Below are positions 1 to 13,476 of a stretch of DNA of 64,000 nucleotides, piece after piece (within the stretch, counting starts at the first letter, position 1; each line of letters begins with the position of its first letter). The position numbers were made by a program, and so were the translations under genes. Where the stretch lies: assembly GCF_004010195.1 (NCBI RefSeq), contig NC_057717.1, positions 107,482,709 through 107,546,708 on the forward strand. Direction: 5' to 3'. The notes beneath the pieces are model-generated. The model was given only the letters and a program-made list of their open reading frames with translations, searched no databases and was not told where the DNA came from. The stretch is from Chiloscyllium plagiosum. Taxonomy: Eukaryota.

Positions 1-99
1 ATCCTTTAGTCAGTTAGGAGTTAGACTACTGATTAAAATGCAAAACACAGATTTCTTTCAAATCTTTGTCCCTAGATAATTAAAGATTTTATTTATGTA

Positions 100-350
100 C
101 AAGAGGTGACATCTCAGGTTAAACAATGCACTTCAGGTGTGAGGTCCCGCTTCGAACCTGACCTCAGTTTAAAACATAGACAGCTGGTTTATGATGTAAT
201 TTCACTTCCCATACCAGCTGAGGTTACCATGAAGGTTACTTTCCTTCTCAACTTTGCCTGTGGTATGGTCATCCTCCCTCAGGTTAAACCACCATCAGCC
301 ATCTCCCGAATGAGAATGCAGCCCTATCGTCTGGTAAGATTATGGTGACC
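100..350 (+). mobile_element. Degenerate tRNA-derived SINE-like repeat (second copy on the - strand at ~8640-8785)
   Basis: B-box-like ttcgaacc at ~151. The core accagctgaggttaccat..aagg...ccttctcaac recurs inverted at 8660-8712. Confidence 0.5.
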
Positions 351-1224
351 TTTGCTGAAAAACCACACATGCTATTCATTTTATCAAATGGAAATTCAGA
401 GCTGCAGGAATGTAATTTCTCAACATCATTCCCAAGAGATAAAGCCATCTCTCCGGAGCACGCAAGAGACAAATTTACCCTAACCTCGCTTCTTGCTGAA
501 AATACACAAGTTGTATATGTTTCTTTACTTCATCAACCATGTAATTAATGTGATCCCACATTCCAGCTGGTACTATGTACCAAACAATAACAGAAAAGGT
601 TACAAGAAAATAAAAGTTTCTCTTTGCTCTTCAGTATCGTTGATTCTCACCTGGCTTAGGTTTCCAGAGATGTTCAGACCACTTAAAGACACTTTTCCAA
701 TGGAGATCATTGTTACATAGAGCTGCAATAATGGGATAATGTTAATGATTAGAATCGACTGATGCAAACTATATGTTTGTTACATGTACAGCTTACAAAG
801 TGATAATTCATAGCAGGTCTTTTTGAAAGAAGAACTGAAATGAATACTTGCTAGTAGTTTGTATAATTTCCAGCTGAATATGTCTGAATTTTCAGCAAGC
901 AGCCCAGCTTTTAAACATGCATAGCTGATCATTATCCAAACTTTACAGACACATACTTTCCACCTCCAATTTTGGTGATTTTCAAAAGCATCAAAATGTC
1001 TGACATTTTTAAGTTGCCCTTAAATGGACTATAATCCACTGCACGTTATTTGTTTGACATGATTGTTTTAGAATTGGAGGGATTATAGACACAGTTTGTT
1101 GCTCTACACTAGCGGTTTTGGAAAATTGGTGAGCATTAATAAAGTTAGACAGCAAATTTTAAACACAAACATTTCCTTGTGGAGATTCAGTTTCTGGTGA
1201 TTAGACATTTATTAATCAATCATA

Positions 1225-1410
1225 CAGAGTCAGAGAGGTAAACAGATACAAAGCACAGGAACAGACCCTTTGAACTTGTCCATGCTGACCAGATATCCTA
1301 AATAAATCTAGTCCCATTTGGCTCATATCCCTCTCAACCCTTTTTATTCATATACTCATCCAGATGCCTTTTAAATGTTGTAAGTGTACAGCCTCATTTC
1401 ATACATGCAC
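1225..1410 (-). mobile_element. CR1 LINE 3' end fragment
   Basis: Matches the CR1 3' tail that recurs through the window (ccagatgccttttaaatgttg, ccatatccctc). Confidence 0.7.
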
Positions 1411-2249
1411 CTCCCTACAGAATTGCATAATTCGGCGTAGCAGTAATGTACATAATAATGGGAAACTTCACATACACTCCAGATGATGAAAATGGTAATT
1501 AGATTCTCAAAGGATGGGAGAGAATGGCTATAACACAGAAAGAGGTCATTCAGCCAGTATGTATGAAAGAGCAATCAACCATTTTTCCTCTGTCTTTTCC
1601 CCATTGCCCTGTAAATATATTCCCATCAGGGAACTCTCCCAATTCATTCTGAAAGACATGACTGAAAGCGCCTCCACCACATTCTCAGAGATGTCATTCC
1701 AGATCTTAACCACTCGCTGTGGAAACATTTTGCCTCGGATTGCTACTGTTTCATCCGTCAAGTTCCTTAAACCTTTGTTCTTGGGTTCTCAACTCTTCTG
1801 TTAATTAGAACAATATCACTTTTTGTATTCAGTCTGACTCCTCATGACTTAGAACACCTCTCAACGTCTGAAGGATACTCTAAGTTACCGAAGAAATTTG
1901 GAACCAATCTTATAAACAATGCTGATCCTGGGTTCAAATCTCTCCTGTAATAACATCTCTGAACACATTGGTCAGAAAATATCTAAAAATATTTTCTACA
2001 GTCTCACCTAACTGCCTACATATTTTCGAAAATGTGGTGCCGGTACTGCAATCAATATTCAAGTTGAAGGCTAACCAATGTTTTACAATTTGTCACTCGA
2101 ACATTCGTGATTTTATATTTCATACTTCTAAATATGAAATCTAGAATCATTATTATAAGCTTTTGATTATAATTATAGGTTTTTTATGGGTGTTTTAGTC
2201 AGTCATCCATCCATCTACATTTCCTTGAGATCTTACCGCCTGAGCTGAC

Positions 2250-2420
2250 ACAGTGCGCGTGCTCTGGGCAACTGCTCGAAGCGCGTGTGTCGCCATGACC
2301 GGGGACACCCCGCGCGCGGCGCCGAGCTGTGCCGTGATTGGCTGCAGGGCTGGGTTGCAGTCACAATGGGCTGCCGCATGCCCGGGGGTTTCACACCTGG
2401 CGGGGATCAAGATGGCGGCG
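2250..2420 (+). promoter_or_regulatory. CpG-rich promoter/5' UTR of the spliced membrane-protein gene
   Basis: Dense CpG patch (cgcgcgcggcgccg) in an otherwise CpG-poor window, directly upstream of the ATG at 2412. Contains an inverted CCAAT box (ATTGG 2337-2341), X-box/RFX-like motifs (GTGCTCTGGGCAAC 2259-2272; GTCGCCATGAC 2289-2299) and a YY1-type CAAGATGGCGGC (2408-2419) overlapping the start codon. Confidence 0.75.
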
Positions 2421-2472
2421 GGTGGTGGTTACCTGTTGCTCCTCACCTGTCTCGTGGGTCAGCTTCCCCTGG
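2412..2472 (+). CDS. Coding exon 1: signal peptide MAAGGGYLLLLTCLVGQLPL-G of an unidentified type I membrane protein
   Basis: Strong Kozak context (aagATGG), hydrophobic core LLLLTCLV, consensus donor G|gtaagt at 2473, phase 1. Confidence 0.85.
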
Positions 2473-2744
2473 GTAAGTACTGTCCGTACAGGCCTCCAGG
2501 GAATAGTATAACAAGACCCTTCCCAAATCTCATACCCAAAGGTCACCAATCAGCACTGCCCATGCATCTCTGGAAATTGCATCTCAGCCAGATGATAGAT
2601 TTTACCTTTAGTATACAATTTATCGTCAAGAGAAGTTGAGGAAATCTGTTTTTCATGGTATCAGGACCCAAAGCCCTTCATAACTAATAAATTATGATTC
2701 ATATTTAGTCATTGTCATATAAAGGAACATGGTACCTATTCTTT

Positions 2745-4400
2745 CCTTCATAGAAAGTGGGTGTTACTGGTGGGTCAGCTTTTATTGTCCATCTCCAATT
2801 GTCCTGGAGAAGGTGGTCGTGAGCCACTTATTTGAACCATGGTAATCTGTTTGGTTTAGCTTCAGCCACTATACTGTTAGGAGGGGTGTTCTAGGATTTT
2901 TGCGCAGCAACAGTGGAGAACGATGATGTATTTCCAAGTCAGGATGGTGAAAGTCTTGGAGGGGAACTTGCAGCTGCTAATGTTTCCATGTATCTGCTGC
3001 TCTCTTGACCTTCTAGTTGGAAGTAGTGATTTTGGAAGGTGCTGTGGATGGACCCTTGGTGAGGTACTGCCATTCATCTTGATGATGGTACATACTGATG
3101 CTACTGTGCATTGGAAGTGAAGGGAGTGAAATTGAATGTTACAGAGAGGGTGACATTCAAGTGGGTGGCTTTGTCCTGAGGCATTTCAGGAGATGCAACC
3201 ATCTGGGGAAGTGGAGAATATTCTATTACATTTCTGACTTGTGCCTGCAAATACTAGAAAGGCTCTGGGGAGATGGGATGAGTTGCATAAATCCTAGCCT
3301 CTAATCTGCTGTTGCAACAACAAATATATTTGGCTGGTGTAGTTCACTATCTGATAAATGGTAATCTCCAAGATGTTGTTAATAGAGGATTCAGTGATGT
3401 AATGTCATTGAATGTCAAGGAAAAACTTTTATATTTCCTCAATGTTGGGCATATCCATTGCCTTATGTCTGTGAGTGTGAATGTCATTTACCCATGAGCA
3501 CTCTAAGCCTGAATATTGTCCAAGTTCTTCTGCATTTGGATCTTCCCAACGTCAGTAACTGAGGTGTCATGAAAATTGCTGAACATTGTGTAAGTAAAAG
3601 TGGAACACCCCCACTTCCGATGCTATTATGGAGGCATGACCATTTATGAAGCAGCTGAAGAAGGTTGGGGCCTGGGACACTATCCTGAGGAACTCCTACA
3701 GAAATGTCCTGGAGCTTAGATAACTAACCTTCATAAACCACAACTATCTTTCTTTGTGCCAGGTGTGTCTCCAAACAGTGGGGAGATTTCTGTCTGCAAG
3801 GGCTCTTTCATGCCACTCTTGGTCAGGTTCTCCAATAATGTCAAAGGCAGTCACTCTCGCTTCATCTCTGGAGTTCAGTTCTTTTGCCTGTGCTCTGGAC
3901 TTGACTGTGTGGCCCTAGTGGAACCCACACTGTGTGTCTTTGGAAATTGTAAGGTATTATTCCATGTGTATGACTATGTTGCGCTATTCATAGAATCATA
4001 AAGTCCCTACAGTGTGGAAACATTGCTTGACTTGACTAGACTGTGAGACAGTTCTCCCAATTTTAATACAAGCCCCAAGATGTTGACAGGGAGGAGTTTG
4101 CAGGATAGACAGGGCTGAGTTTCCAGTGCCTAGGTCGATGCCGGTTTCACTCCTTTGTTTATACTTTGTTGCAGTTTGGTGCAACTGAATATCTTGCTCG
4201 GCCATTTCAGATGGCAGTTCAGAGTCAACCACTGTTGCAGTGGATCTGGAGTCACATGTAGGCAAGATCAGATAAAGACAGCAAATTTCCCTCCCTGAAA
4301 TATTTTGGTGAACCATATGAGTTTTTGCAATCATTGACAATGGTTACATGTTCACCATTAGACTAGCTTTTTAATTTGAGATTTTTTATGCGCACAAGGT
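2745..4400 (-). mobile_element. Degenerate CR1/L2-clade LINE
   Basis: Reverse strand at ~3640-3700 reads GVPQDSVPGPTFFSCFIN (RT motif). Same family as 16230-17190. Confidence 0.75.
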
Positions 4401-4489
4401 TCCCCAGTTGTACTGAGATGAAAGAACACATTATCTAAGATTAGATAATCATAACCAGAAGAATTGCTCTACTTTTCTACAAATACTTT

Positions 4490-5300
4490 GAGGGTAGTAC
4501 AGTGGATGTTGTCAACATGGAGTTTGGTAAGCATTTGACAAGGTCCCACATGGCAGACTGGTCAAAAAGGAAAAGCCCCTGGATACAGGATAATGTGTCA
4601 CACTGGATCCAAAGTTGGTTTAGTGGCAGGAAACAAAGGGTAATGGTCCCATGGCTGCATTTGCAAATGGAGAGCTGTTTCATGTGGTGTTCCACAGGAC
4701 TTTGTGTTGGGGCCCCTGCTATTTGTTTTATACATTAATGATTTGGACTTGAACATGGGAAACACAATTGGGAAATTTGCAGACAACACAAAAATTGTTG
4801 GCCATATTGTGGATAATGTAGAGAATAGCTGTAAACTCCAAAATGATATAGTTGGTTTCGAGGAGTGGGCAGGAAAGTGGCTGATGGAGTTCAATACATT
4901 TAGGGAGATGAAACAGTAAAAGGAAATACATAATAACTGCGAATATACTGAGAGGGGTAGATGAAGTGAGAGATCTAGGCATGCAAGTGCCCAGCTTCCT
5001 AAAAGTAGCAGTACAGGTAGATAAACTTGTAAAAAAGGTATATAGAATTCTCCCCTCCATTGGCAGAGATATATAATATTCCACAAAAGTGGGGATAAAA
5101 TGATGAAACTATATAGAGTATTGTGTGCAGTTCTGGTCACCACACTATAGAAAGAATGTAATTTCTCTGCAGAGAAGATTTAATAGAATGTTGCCAGGAC
5201 TCGAGAAATGTAGCTACGAGCAGAAATTCAAGAAGTTGGAGTTGTTTTCCTTGGAACAGAGAAGGCTGAAGGGTATCATGATTGAAGGACGTATAATTGA
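4490..5300 (+). mobile_element. CR1 LINE RT fragment
   Basis: ORFs 4704..4919 (LGPLLFVLYINDLD, KFADNTK) and 5125..5346 (QFWSPHYRK, QRRFNRMLPGL). Confidence 0.9.
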
Positions 5301-5424
5301 AGGGCAGAGAGAGAGAGAAGAGACAGGAGGAACCAGTTTTCCTTGACCTTTTTAAAAACAGTTATGGAGAAGGCTAGGTCTGGTCCACAAGTTCAAGTTT
5401 CAAATTGAGGCAAGGTCACTTTTT

Positions 5425-5585
5425 TTAGATTAGATTAGATTCCCTACAGTGTGGAAACACGCCCTTCGGCCCAACCAATCCACACCGACCCTCCGAAGAG
5501 TGACCCATTTCCCTCTGACTAATGCACCTAACACTATGGGCAATTTAGCATGACCAATTCACCTGCCCTGCACATCTTTGGTCTG
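5425..5585 (-). mobile_element. HE1-like SINE 3' fragment
   Basis: agattagattagattccctacagtgtggaaac...cccttcggccc; matches the full copy at 14971-15325. Confidence 0.75.
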
Positions 5586-5589
5586 TTGA

Positions 5590-8130
5590 TGATATTAAAC
5601 AGGAACTTTGAAAGAGTTGACTGGGATAGCTGTTCGCAGGTAAAGGGACATCAGGGGGGTTCAAAAGCAAGACAACAAGAATTCAGGGCTGGTGTTCCTA
5701 TTTGTGTGAAGGGCAAGGCTTGCAGAAGTAGGGAACACTGGATCACTAGAGATATTGAGGCTCTGGTCAAGAAAAAGGAGGAAGCATATGTCAGGTATAG
5801 ACAACTGGGATCAAGTGAATCCCAGGGGATGTAGGACAACAATGAAGAGGGAAATCAGGAGGGCAAAAAAGAGACATGCGATAGCTTTGGCAGATAAAGT
5901 TAAGGAGAATCCAAAGAGATTCTACAAGTATATTAAGGACAAAAGAGTAACTAGGGAGAGAAAAGGGTCTCTTAAAGATCAACAAAGTCGCTTGTGTTTG
6001 GAGCCACAGGAGATGGGTGAAATCCTAAACAAATGTTTCTCCTCAGTATTTACCATGGAAAAGGACATAGATGCTAGGGAACTTGGCGAAATAAATAGTG
6101 ATGTCTTGAAAAAAGTCCACGTTACAGAAGAGGAGGTTTGCAATTTTTGAGAAGATTTGTAGCTCAAGTTGAGGTTCAGGTTGTAAGTTTGCTCGTTGAG
6201 TTGGTAGGTTTGTTCTCAGGCGTTTTGTCACCATGCTAGGTAATATCAACGTGAGCCTACATTGAAGCACTGGAGTTCTGTCCCACTTTCCATTTATGTG
6301 TCTTGGTCTCTTAAGGTTGGTGATATCAATGTTTCATTGCTTCAACGGAGGCTCATTGATGATGTTGCCTAGCTTGGTAACGAAACGTCTAAGAACAAAC
6401 CTACCAGCTCAGGGAGTAAACTTGCAACCAGAAGAGGGGGTACTGGAGGTCTTAAAACACATAAAGATAGCTAAATCTCTCTGGGACCTGATCAAGTATA
6501 TCCCAGGACTTCATGAGAAGCTAGGGAAGAAATTGCAGGCCAATCATGGAGCCATGGGTGAGGTGCTGATAGACCAGAGAGTGACTGATGTTGTGCCATT
6601 ATTTAAGAAAGCCTGTAAGGAAAAGCCAGGAAACTACAGATCAGTGAGCCTGATGTCAGTGATGGGTAAGTTGTTGGATGGATTCTGAGAGACAGGATCT
6701 ACATGCATTTGCAAAGGCAAGAACTGATTAGGGATAGTCAACATAGCTTTGTGTGTGGGAAATCCTGTCTCACAAATTTGATTGGGATTTTTTGCAGAAG
6801 TGACCAAGAAGATAGATGAACGCAGAGCGGATTTTAGCAAGATCTTGGATAAGGTTCTGCATGTTAAACAGTTTAGGAAAGTTACTTCACGTGGAATCTA
6901 GGGAGAGCTAATCAACTGAATACAAAATTGGCTTGACAGTAAGAGACAGAGAGTTGTTGTTCAGACCGGAGGCCTGTGACCAGCAGTATGCCACAAAGAT
7001 TGGTACTGACTTCACTGTTGTTCGCCATTTATATAAACAATTTGGAAGAGCAGATAGGAGGCATGGTTAGTAAGTTTGCAAATGACACCAAAATTGGCGG
7101 TATAGTGCACAGTGAAGAAGATTAACTAAGAGTACAACGGGATCTTAATCAACTTGGCCAGTGGACTGAGGTTTGGCAATGGAGTTTAATGCAGATAAAC
7201 AATAGGTGTTCCATTTTGATAAGATGAAATAGTGCAAGACTTACACAGTTAATGATGGGGAGTGTTGTCGAACAGAGAAATCTAGAGGTGCAGGTACACA
7301 TTTCCTTGAAAGTCCCTCCCTAACGGTATTGTGGGTAAACCCACAGCAGGTAGACCCGTAGGTTCAAGAAGGCAGCTTATCACTATTTTCTCAAGTTTGG
7401 CAATAAATGGTGACTAGCCAACATTGCCCAGATTCCACAAATGAATAAAGAAAAAGAAAATGGCATTTGAAGTAGATGGTGGTGAAGAAAGCATTTGGCA
7501 CTCTTGCTTTCATTGATCTCAGTGCTCTGAGTACAGGAGTTTGGTCCATCATGTTACCTCTGTACAAGATATTGGTAAGGCACATTTGGAGGAATGCATG
7601 TAATTCTGGTCGTCCTGCTATAGGAGGGATGTTATTAAACTGGAAAGGATGCAAAAAATATTCACAAGGATATTAACGAGACTGGAAAGTTTGAGTTAAA
7701 AGGAGAGGTTGGATAGGCTGTGACTTTTTTTCCATGAAGCATAGGAGGCTGAGGGATGATCTTATAGAGGTTTATAAAATCATGAGGGGCATAGACAAGG
7801 TGAATTGCCAAGGTTTTTTCCTGAGGGAAGGGGAGTCCAAAAGTCAAGGGCATAGGTTTAAAGTAAGAGGGGAAAGATTTAAATGGGACCTGAGCAACAA
7901 ACTTTTCACACAGAGGGTGGTGCGTATGTGGAACGAGCAGCAGGAGGAAGTGGTAGAGGGTACAATTACAACATTTAAAAGACATTTGGATAGCTACATG
8001 GATGGGAAAGGTTTAGGGTGTTATGGGTCAAATGCAGGCAAATGGGACTAGTTTGGTTTAGGAAACTTGGTTGGCATGGACGAGTTGGGCTGATGGGTGT
8101 GTTTCTGTGCAGTATGACTATATGACCCAG
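5590..8130 (+). mobile_element. CR1 LINE ORF2 plus 3' UTR, frameshifted, interrupted by a Penelope-derived insert (6138-6428) and an L2-like fragment (~7310-7460)
   Basis: ORFs 5755..6150 (KENPKRFYKYIK), 6296..6688 (VVPLFKK...PGNYRSVSL) and 7734..8051 (RLRDDLIEVYKIM, FTQRVVRMWN). Confidence 0.9.
6138..6428. mobile_element. Penelope-derived fold-back insert with a hammerhead-like core (6356-6389, +)
   Basis: Inverted arms ~6179-6270 and ~6335-6429. 13-bp TSD cagaagag(g/a)ggt-type at 6125-6137 and 6429-6441 with one mismatch. Core TTGATGA-T-GTTGCC/GGTAAC-GAAAC-GTC. Confidence 0.75.
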
Positions 8131-8809
8131 AAAGTTACAAGCCAATGTTATAAGCTGTTTCTGGTTCTAATATTTGAATGCTGGTTTTGCTTTGTTTTCT
8201 TGGGAAAATTATTGAGCTAGATGTAGAGTCATAGAGGTCTGCAGCCCAGAAGAAGGCCCTTTGGTCCATCGAGTAAGCGTCAGACAAAACCCATTAAAAT
8301 CACAATGGTAATTGTAAAGTGAGAGAACAGAAGTTTGCTGTCCCACACTTCTGTGTTTATAATTCTCCACAGTGCACTTTATTTCAGAGCTTACTCATCT
8401 CCCTGAGAAGAGAATTCCACCTGAGGAGAATGCTCACAGACAACAGAACCAAATCTCCATGGAGGGCCGTAGAAGTGACCCCCCTCCCAGATTGCATGGA
8501 GGTGAGGAAAAGCACTACAGTCAAACAATAGTGAGTGAAACTTTAAATGTATCACAGTTTAGGAACATTGTAAGTTAGCACATTCTCCTTTCACCTTGCA
8601 GGTCAGCTTCCATAATGTATAGAGGGACTAGTCTGAATTTTTAAGGACCACCACGCCTTAGGCAAGGGGAGAGGTTGAGAAGGAGAGTCCTTTATGGTAA
8701 CCTCAGCTGGTGTCGGAATTGAACACATCCTGTTAGCATCACACTACGTCGCGAACTTACTGTCTAGCCATTGAGCTAAACCGATAAACAAATTATAGGC
8801 TTTAAAGAA

Positions 8810-9455
8810 CTTTAGTTGGGCCACATTAGGAATATTGCATACAGTTCTGGTCACCAAGCTACCAGAAGGATGTGGATGCTTTGTAGATGGTACAGAAAAG
8901 GCTTATCAGGATGTTGCCTAGCATGGAAGATTTTAGCTGTGAAGGAAGGTTGGATAGATGGGTTTGTTTTCATTGGAACGCAGGAGGTTGAGGGATGACC
9001 TAGATTGTAAATGGCATGGATAAAGTGGAAAGTGTGGAGGTGTCAATTACTAGGGGACACAGCATCAAGGTGAAGAGGCAAAAGTTTAAAAGAGATATGC
9101 AGGTAAGTTTTTCACACAAAGAATAGTGAGTGTCTGGAATGCGCTGCCAGAAGTAGTAGTGGAAACAGACACAATAACAGCATTTAAGGAGCACCGAGAC
9201 GAATACTTGAATAGGAAGGGAATAGAGGGACTAGGCAAAAGTGAGGACTGCTTATTCCTGATGAAGGGCTCCTGCCTGAAATGTCAATTTTCCTGCTCCT
9301 CGGATGCTGCCTGACCTGCTGTGCTTTTCCAGCACCATTCTAATCTTGAGGGAATAGAGGGATACAAATCCTGGAAATGAAGAGTTTTAGTATGGAAGGA
9401 CAAAATGTATAGGCGCAGGCTTGGAGGGTCTGTTTCCAGTGCTGTATTGTTTTTT
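8810..9455 (+). mobile_element. CR1 3' fragment carrying a Penelope-derived insert (9231-9348)
   Basis: SVWNALPEVVVE motif (ORF 9126). 14-bp TSD agggaatagaggga at 9217-9230 and 9349-9362. Confidence 0.85.
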
Positions 9456-10894
9456 ATTTTAAAGTGCTGGAGAAACTCAAGTCTGGTAGCATCTGTGGAG
9501 TGAGAAAGAGACATTTCTCCAGCACGTTCTTTGTTTCAGATTTCCAGCATATGCACTATTTTGCTTTTTTTAATTCCAGATGTCTTTATTAATTCAAAGT
9601 TCACCTTCTGTCAATTGAAACTTTGTACCCAGCACATTATTTGAGGCTCTGAACTGCTGGTCCAGTGACATTACGGCTATGCCACTGTCCCCATCTTACT
9701 TGCAATGCTGAAATTTAGAGAAATACAGTACTTGTTATATAAGACACCTTTTATGACATCAGACAAATTAAGTTAGTTTCTTGAAATGCAGTAATTGTAA
9801 GAGAGGAAATATGGAAACTTGTAAACAGAAAGAAAATAATGATGTTGGTTGAGAGATAAATATTAGCTCAGACATTAACGAGAACTTCCCTGTGCTGCTG
9901 TAGATTTGTAGCCTTTGATTTTTGACTTTTACCTCAGCAAACATTTTGGGGCTCAGCCTTATCTCAAAGGTGCTGAATTAAAGTACCAACATAGACTATA
10001 TGCTAAATTTTTTGTCAAAAGTCATACGACACCAGGTTATAGCTTTCGGAGCGTTGTCCCTTCGTCAGGTGAAATCTTTGTGCTGGACTTTAAACCTGCA
10101 AGTTTCTGACTTCAAGGCAGAAGTGTTACTTCTGATCCATGACTGATACCTTGGCTGTACTATAAGAGACCACATGTTTGTTTTCCTTTTGAACTGTAAA
10201 ATGGAAGAAAAGTCAGAAACTGCTATATTGATAACATATCAGGAGTGTTATGCAACTTGAAACATCAAGTGGGGCACATTTTTGGCTGGACAAGACTAGG
10301 GTGTTTTTGGAGCAGTGAGATCACTCCATTATTGAGACAGAGTAGCTTGACGGCATTGCTAAAATCAAAAGAATTGTGAGAAATAGCTCTGCATTTTGCA
10401 ATCTGGAGTTTTGATCTTCAGCACATTTTGTTTTCCATATCTCTGTTTCCCACCTATAATATTTGTGTCAAAGCATCTGTCTTTAATCTATCCTATTTGT
10501 AATAAATAAATTGATGGGTGTATTTATGATTTTAAAGGGGTATAGTTTAAGTTACAAAGTAGATTAGTAATCTTTTTCCATTTGTTAACAAGTAAGTTTG
10601 TTTACACTAAATAGTTATTTTCCTGTTTTTGACAAAACATGGTGTGAATTGGCTTTGTCCTGAACCGCAGTTAGTCAGGTAAATTGATCATCTTGGTGTT
10701 TTAAAGTGGGTACCTAGACATTTGTGATGGCTTGTGCAATAGTGGGGCTCAATTATTGGCACAGTCTTCCCAGTAACTACTTAATAGGGCAATGTTTCCT
10801 CCTTTGTCATGAAAGTGCTGTCTTTTATTTGGGTTAAGGTCACTTTAGCCTTCTGATAAAGCCTTCTGATAATTCTTCAAATTGGGACTTTTCT

Positions 10895-11070
10895 TAGAGT
10901 CATAGAGTCATACAGCACGAAACAGACCCTTTAGTCCAACCAGTTCATGCCGAATATAAGCCCAAACTAAACTAGCCCCACCTGCCTGTTCCTGACCCAC
11001 ATCCCTCCAAACATGTCCTATTCACGTACTTATCCAAATATCTTTTAAATGTTGTAGTTGTACCCACATT
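10895..11070 (-). mobile_element. CR1 3' end fragment
   Basis: (tagagtca)n tail and TTFKRYLDKYVNR in ORF 10972..11166. Confidence 0.8.
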
Positions 11071-11738
11071 GAGCCTGCCTTTATCATATTTCCTCCTACC
11101 AGGCAGAATCCTTGTAGAACTGTGCTGTATTCCCTTCCAGATATCTTTGGCCTGAATTTGTTTCATCTTTTAATATTATCCATCAAATTGGACCCCACCT
11201 CCAGCTAATTCTAATCAAATATACAGTAAATAGCATAGTAACTTCTTGAACACCATCTCACAATTCCGACTACTGAGAAATGAATCTGAATTCCTGCTTT
11301 GTTTCCTTCCATCAATCCCTGTGTTTAAAGCAATTTGCTATCCTCCCCCTAATCCCATGTCCCTTCCTCCTGCATAGCACTTTGTCAATGATTTTGAAAG
11401 TCTATATACACCACTATATCAACTCAGAATTTCTCAAGTTTGTCAGTCATGGTCTTCCTTTCTGTAATCTAATTTTTAGAATTATTTTTGATTTAGCTAG
11501 GCATTTAATTATTCTGATGGAAAGAAATTAGTGAAATATATGTGGCATGTTTCTTTCTCTTAATGTTAGCCAAAACATATCACATGCAAAACCTAATTCA
11601 TTTTACCTGGAATTATCTGTCAGCATGAGAAAACTGTTAAAGTAGGAAAACACAGTCAACCAAAGAGTAAGGTGGTCAACTGTCACGCCATCTGGTCCTT
11701 TTCTTAACTCAATATTTTTTAAATTTTCCTTATTTTAG

Positions 11739-11807
11739 GTCACCCAAGGAAAGTGCCACAGTTCCCTGGAGGAGAGCAGCTGAAAAGCAACCAATTGCAG
11801 CTCAGGC
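11739..11807 (+). CDS. Coding exon 2 (G)HPRKVPQFPGGEQLKSNQLQLR
   Basis: Acceptor ttttccttattttag, donor C|gtaagc, 69 nt, phase 1-1, open in the frame set by exon 1. Confidence 0.75.
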
Positions 11808-12124
11808 GTAAGCGTTACAATTCCCATGCTTTACGTGAGTAGCACAGCATCATTTTTGTGTAAAATACAAATTAAATAAAGTATGCTGCCAGTGAAATAA
11901 ATCTTTTAGTAAGCAGCATGAAGGTGGCACTGCATGAAAAGCAGTAGGACTGGGATGCTGAATGATGGCAGAGATTGGGATTAGAATGAAACTATGAAAG
12001 TAACAGCAGGAATTGTACATAATGCAATGGAATCTTAAGGATAGCATAACCATTGTATTGGCTGAACAGAAACTGCAGTGTCAGTGTAGAGATTTTAGAA
12101 ATTAAACAGGTGTCACATGAACAG

Positions 12125-12255
12125 CTCAGAAACTATAGAGACAGTATCTAGATTATAATGTTAGCACATAAATCACAGAGATAGCACCTGGATTATAATG
12201 TTAACTCAGGGATCTTAGAGACAGCATCTGGATTGTAATGTCACACAGAGATCAT
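12125..12255 (+). repeat. Diverged ~39-bp minisatellite, about 3 units
   Basis: agagacagtatctagattataatgtt / agagatagcacctggattataatgtt / agagacagcatctggattgtaatgtc. Confidence 0.8.
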
Positions 12256-12484
12256 TGAAACAATTCAATCTACAGGATTTTAAAATCCACATTTTCTAGC
12301 AACTACTGTTACTTCCTGATTCACCTTATCCTTTAGTATTTTCAATTTTTTCCACAATATGACTATCACCTTGTATTCTCTGCTGGGAACTTCAGAGCAA
12401 TTGTTGAATATTTGATGATTCTGAATTAAGAAGTAAATATGAAATTAATGCAATGAGAGGGTTAAAAAAAAATCTAAATTGGAT

Positions 12485-13320
12485 TGTTACCACACGGAGG
12501 CGAACCCCTCTGTTAAGTAAACCAAACACCTAGAAAAGTTCACCTCACCTCATAATCATTTAAATTATGAGTGACAGAAAACTCCCAAATTCCACTATTT
12601 AAAGAAAATAATATCAATTTATTTTCTTACTCTAAAAATGAACATTAAACAAAAACTATTCACAAATCTAAGCACCCCCCCCTTTCACTTATCTGCTTAC
12701 TATCTGCCTCCAACCCTACAACAATATGGTGTTCCAATAAGGTACTTATTAAAATTAATAAGTACCTTAATTTCAACTTAATTTCAAAACCACATAGCGT
12801 CTGTCTTCTTATGTGTTTTCACTTTTCCAGCTGCTGATGGCTCTAGGTCGTCATCTTTCTTTTTACTGCGAGTATGTTTCACGTGAAAAGGTACCTTTGA
12901 TAGAGAGTGTTTTCTAATTTCTTTGAGAGCAAGATGTTAAGATGGGCAAATAGCTCTCCAGCACTTTCTCTATCTATGCAGGTCCTGTCTGACCAATTTT
13001 CAAGTTGTCTGCATTTTTATACGCTGCCTCAATATCGGATCATCTCATTGGTTCAATGTTGACAAAACAATAAATTCAAAATCAATTGAGTTTTGGTATC
13101 CTGGGGCATAATTTAAACTGATTGGTTAAATTTGAATTGTTGTGAAAACAGCAAACAAAGCTCAAGTATCTATTTCACAACCAAATGTTATGTATTTTCC
13201 ATTATCCAATACATGATGGGACTGCCATCTGGTCATATACACAGGTGCTTGTAAGCTCTCAGTTCAGAACTGCACTCTCTCTCCTGTGAAGATAGAGTGC
13301 ATGCCTTCAACCTTATAACA
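12485..13320. mobile_element. Probable solo LTR
   Basis: 836 bp bounded by TGTTA...TAACA inverted termini. No clean TSD seen. Confidence 0.45.
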
Positions 13321-13368
13321 ATTTGTTTTGCTTATTTTGTTACCACTGTTTTACTTTTTTGTTTGCAG

Positions 13369-13476
13369 ATTCTGTAGGCGATGAAAACCGTTTAAAGAAT
13401 GAGGATGCAGTGACTGGACACAAAGAATATTATTTGCCCAGACCGCCTCCTAGAATGCATCCACATGTGTATGAAG
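13369..13476 (+). CDS. Coding exon 3 (H)SVGDENRLKNEDAVTGHKEYYLPRPPPRMHPHVYE
   Basis: Acceptor ttacttttttgtttgcag, donor AAG|gtacga, 108 nt, phase 1-1, open. Confidence 0.8.

Noticed and set aside
2253..2639. 128-aa single-exon ORF
   Set aside because: It starts at a GTG and reads through a consensus donor at 2473. Only 2412-2472 looks like real coding sequence.
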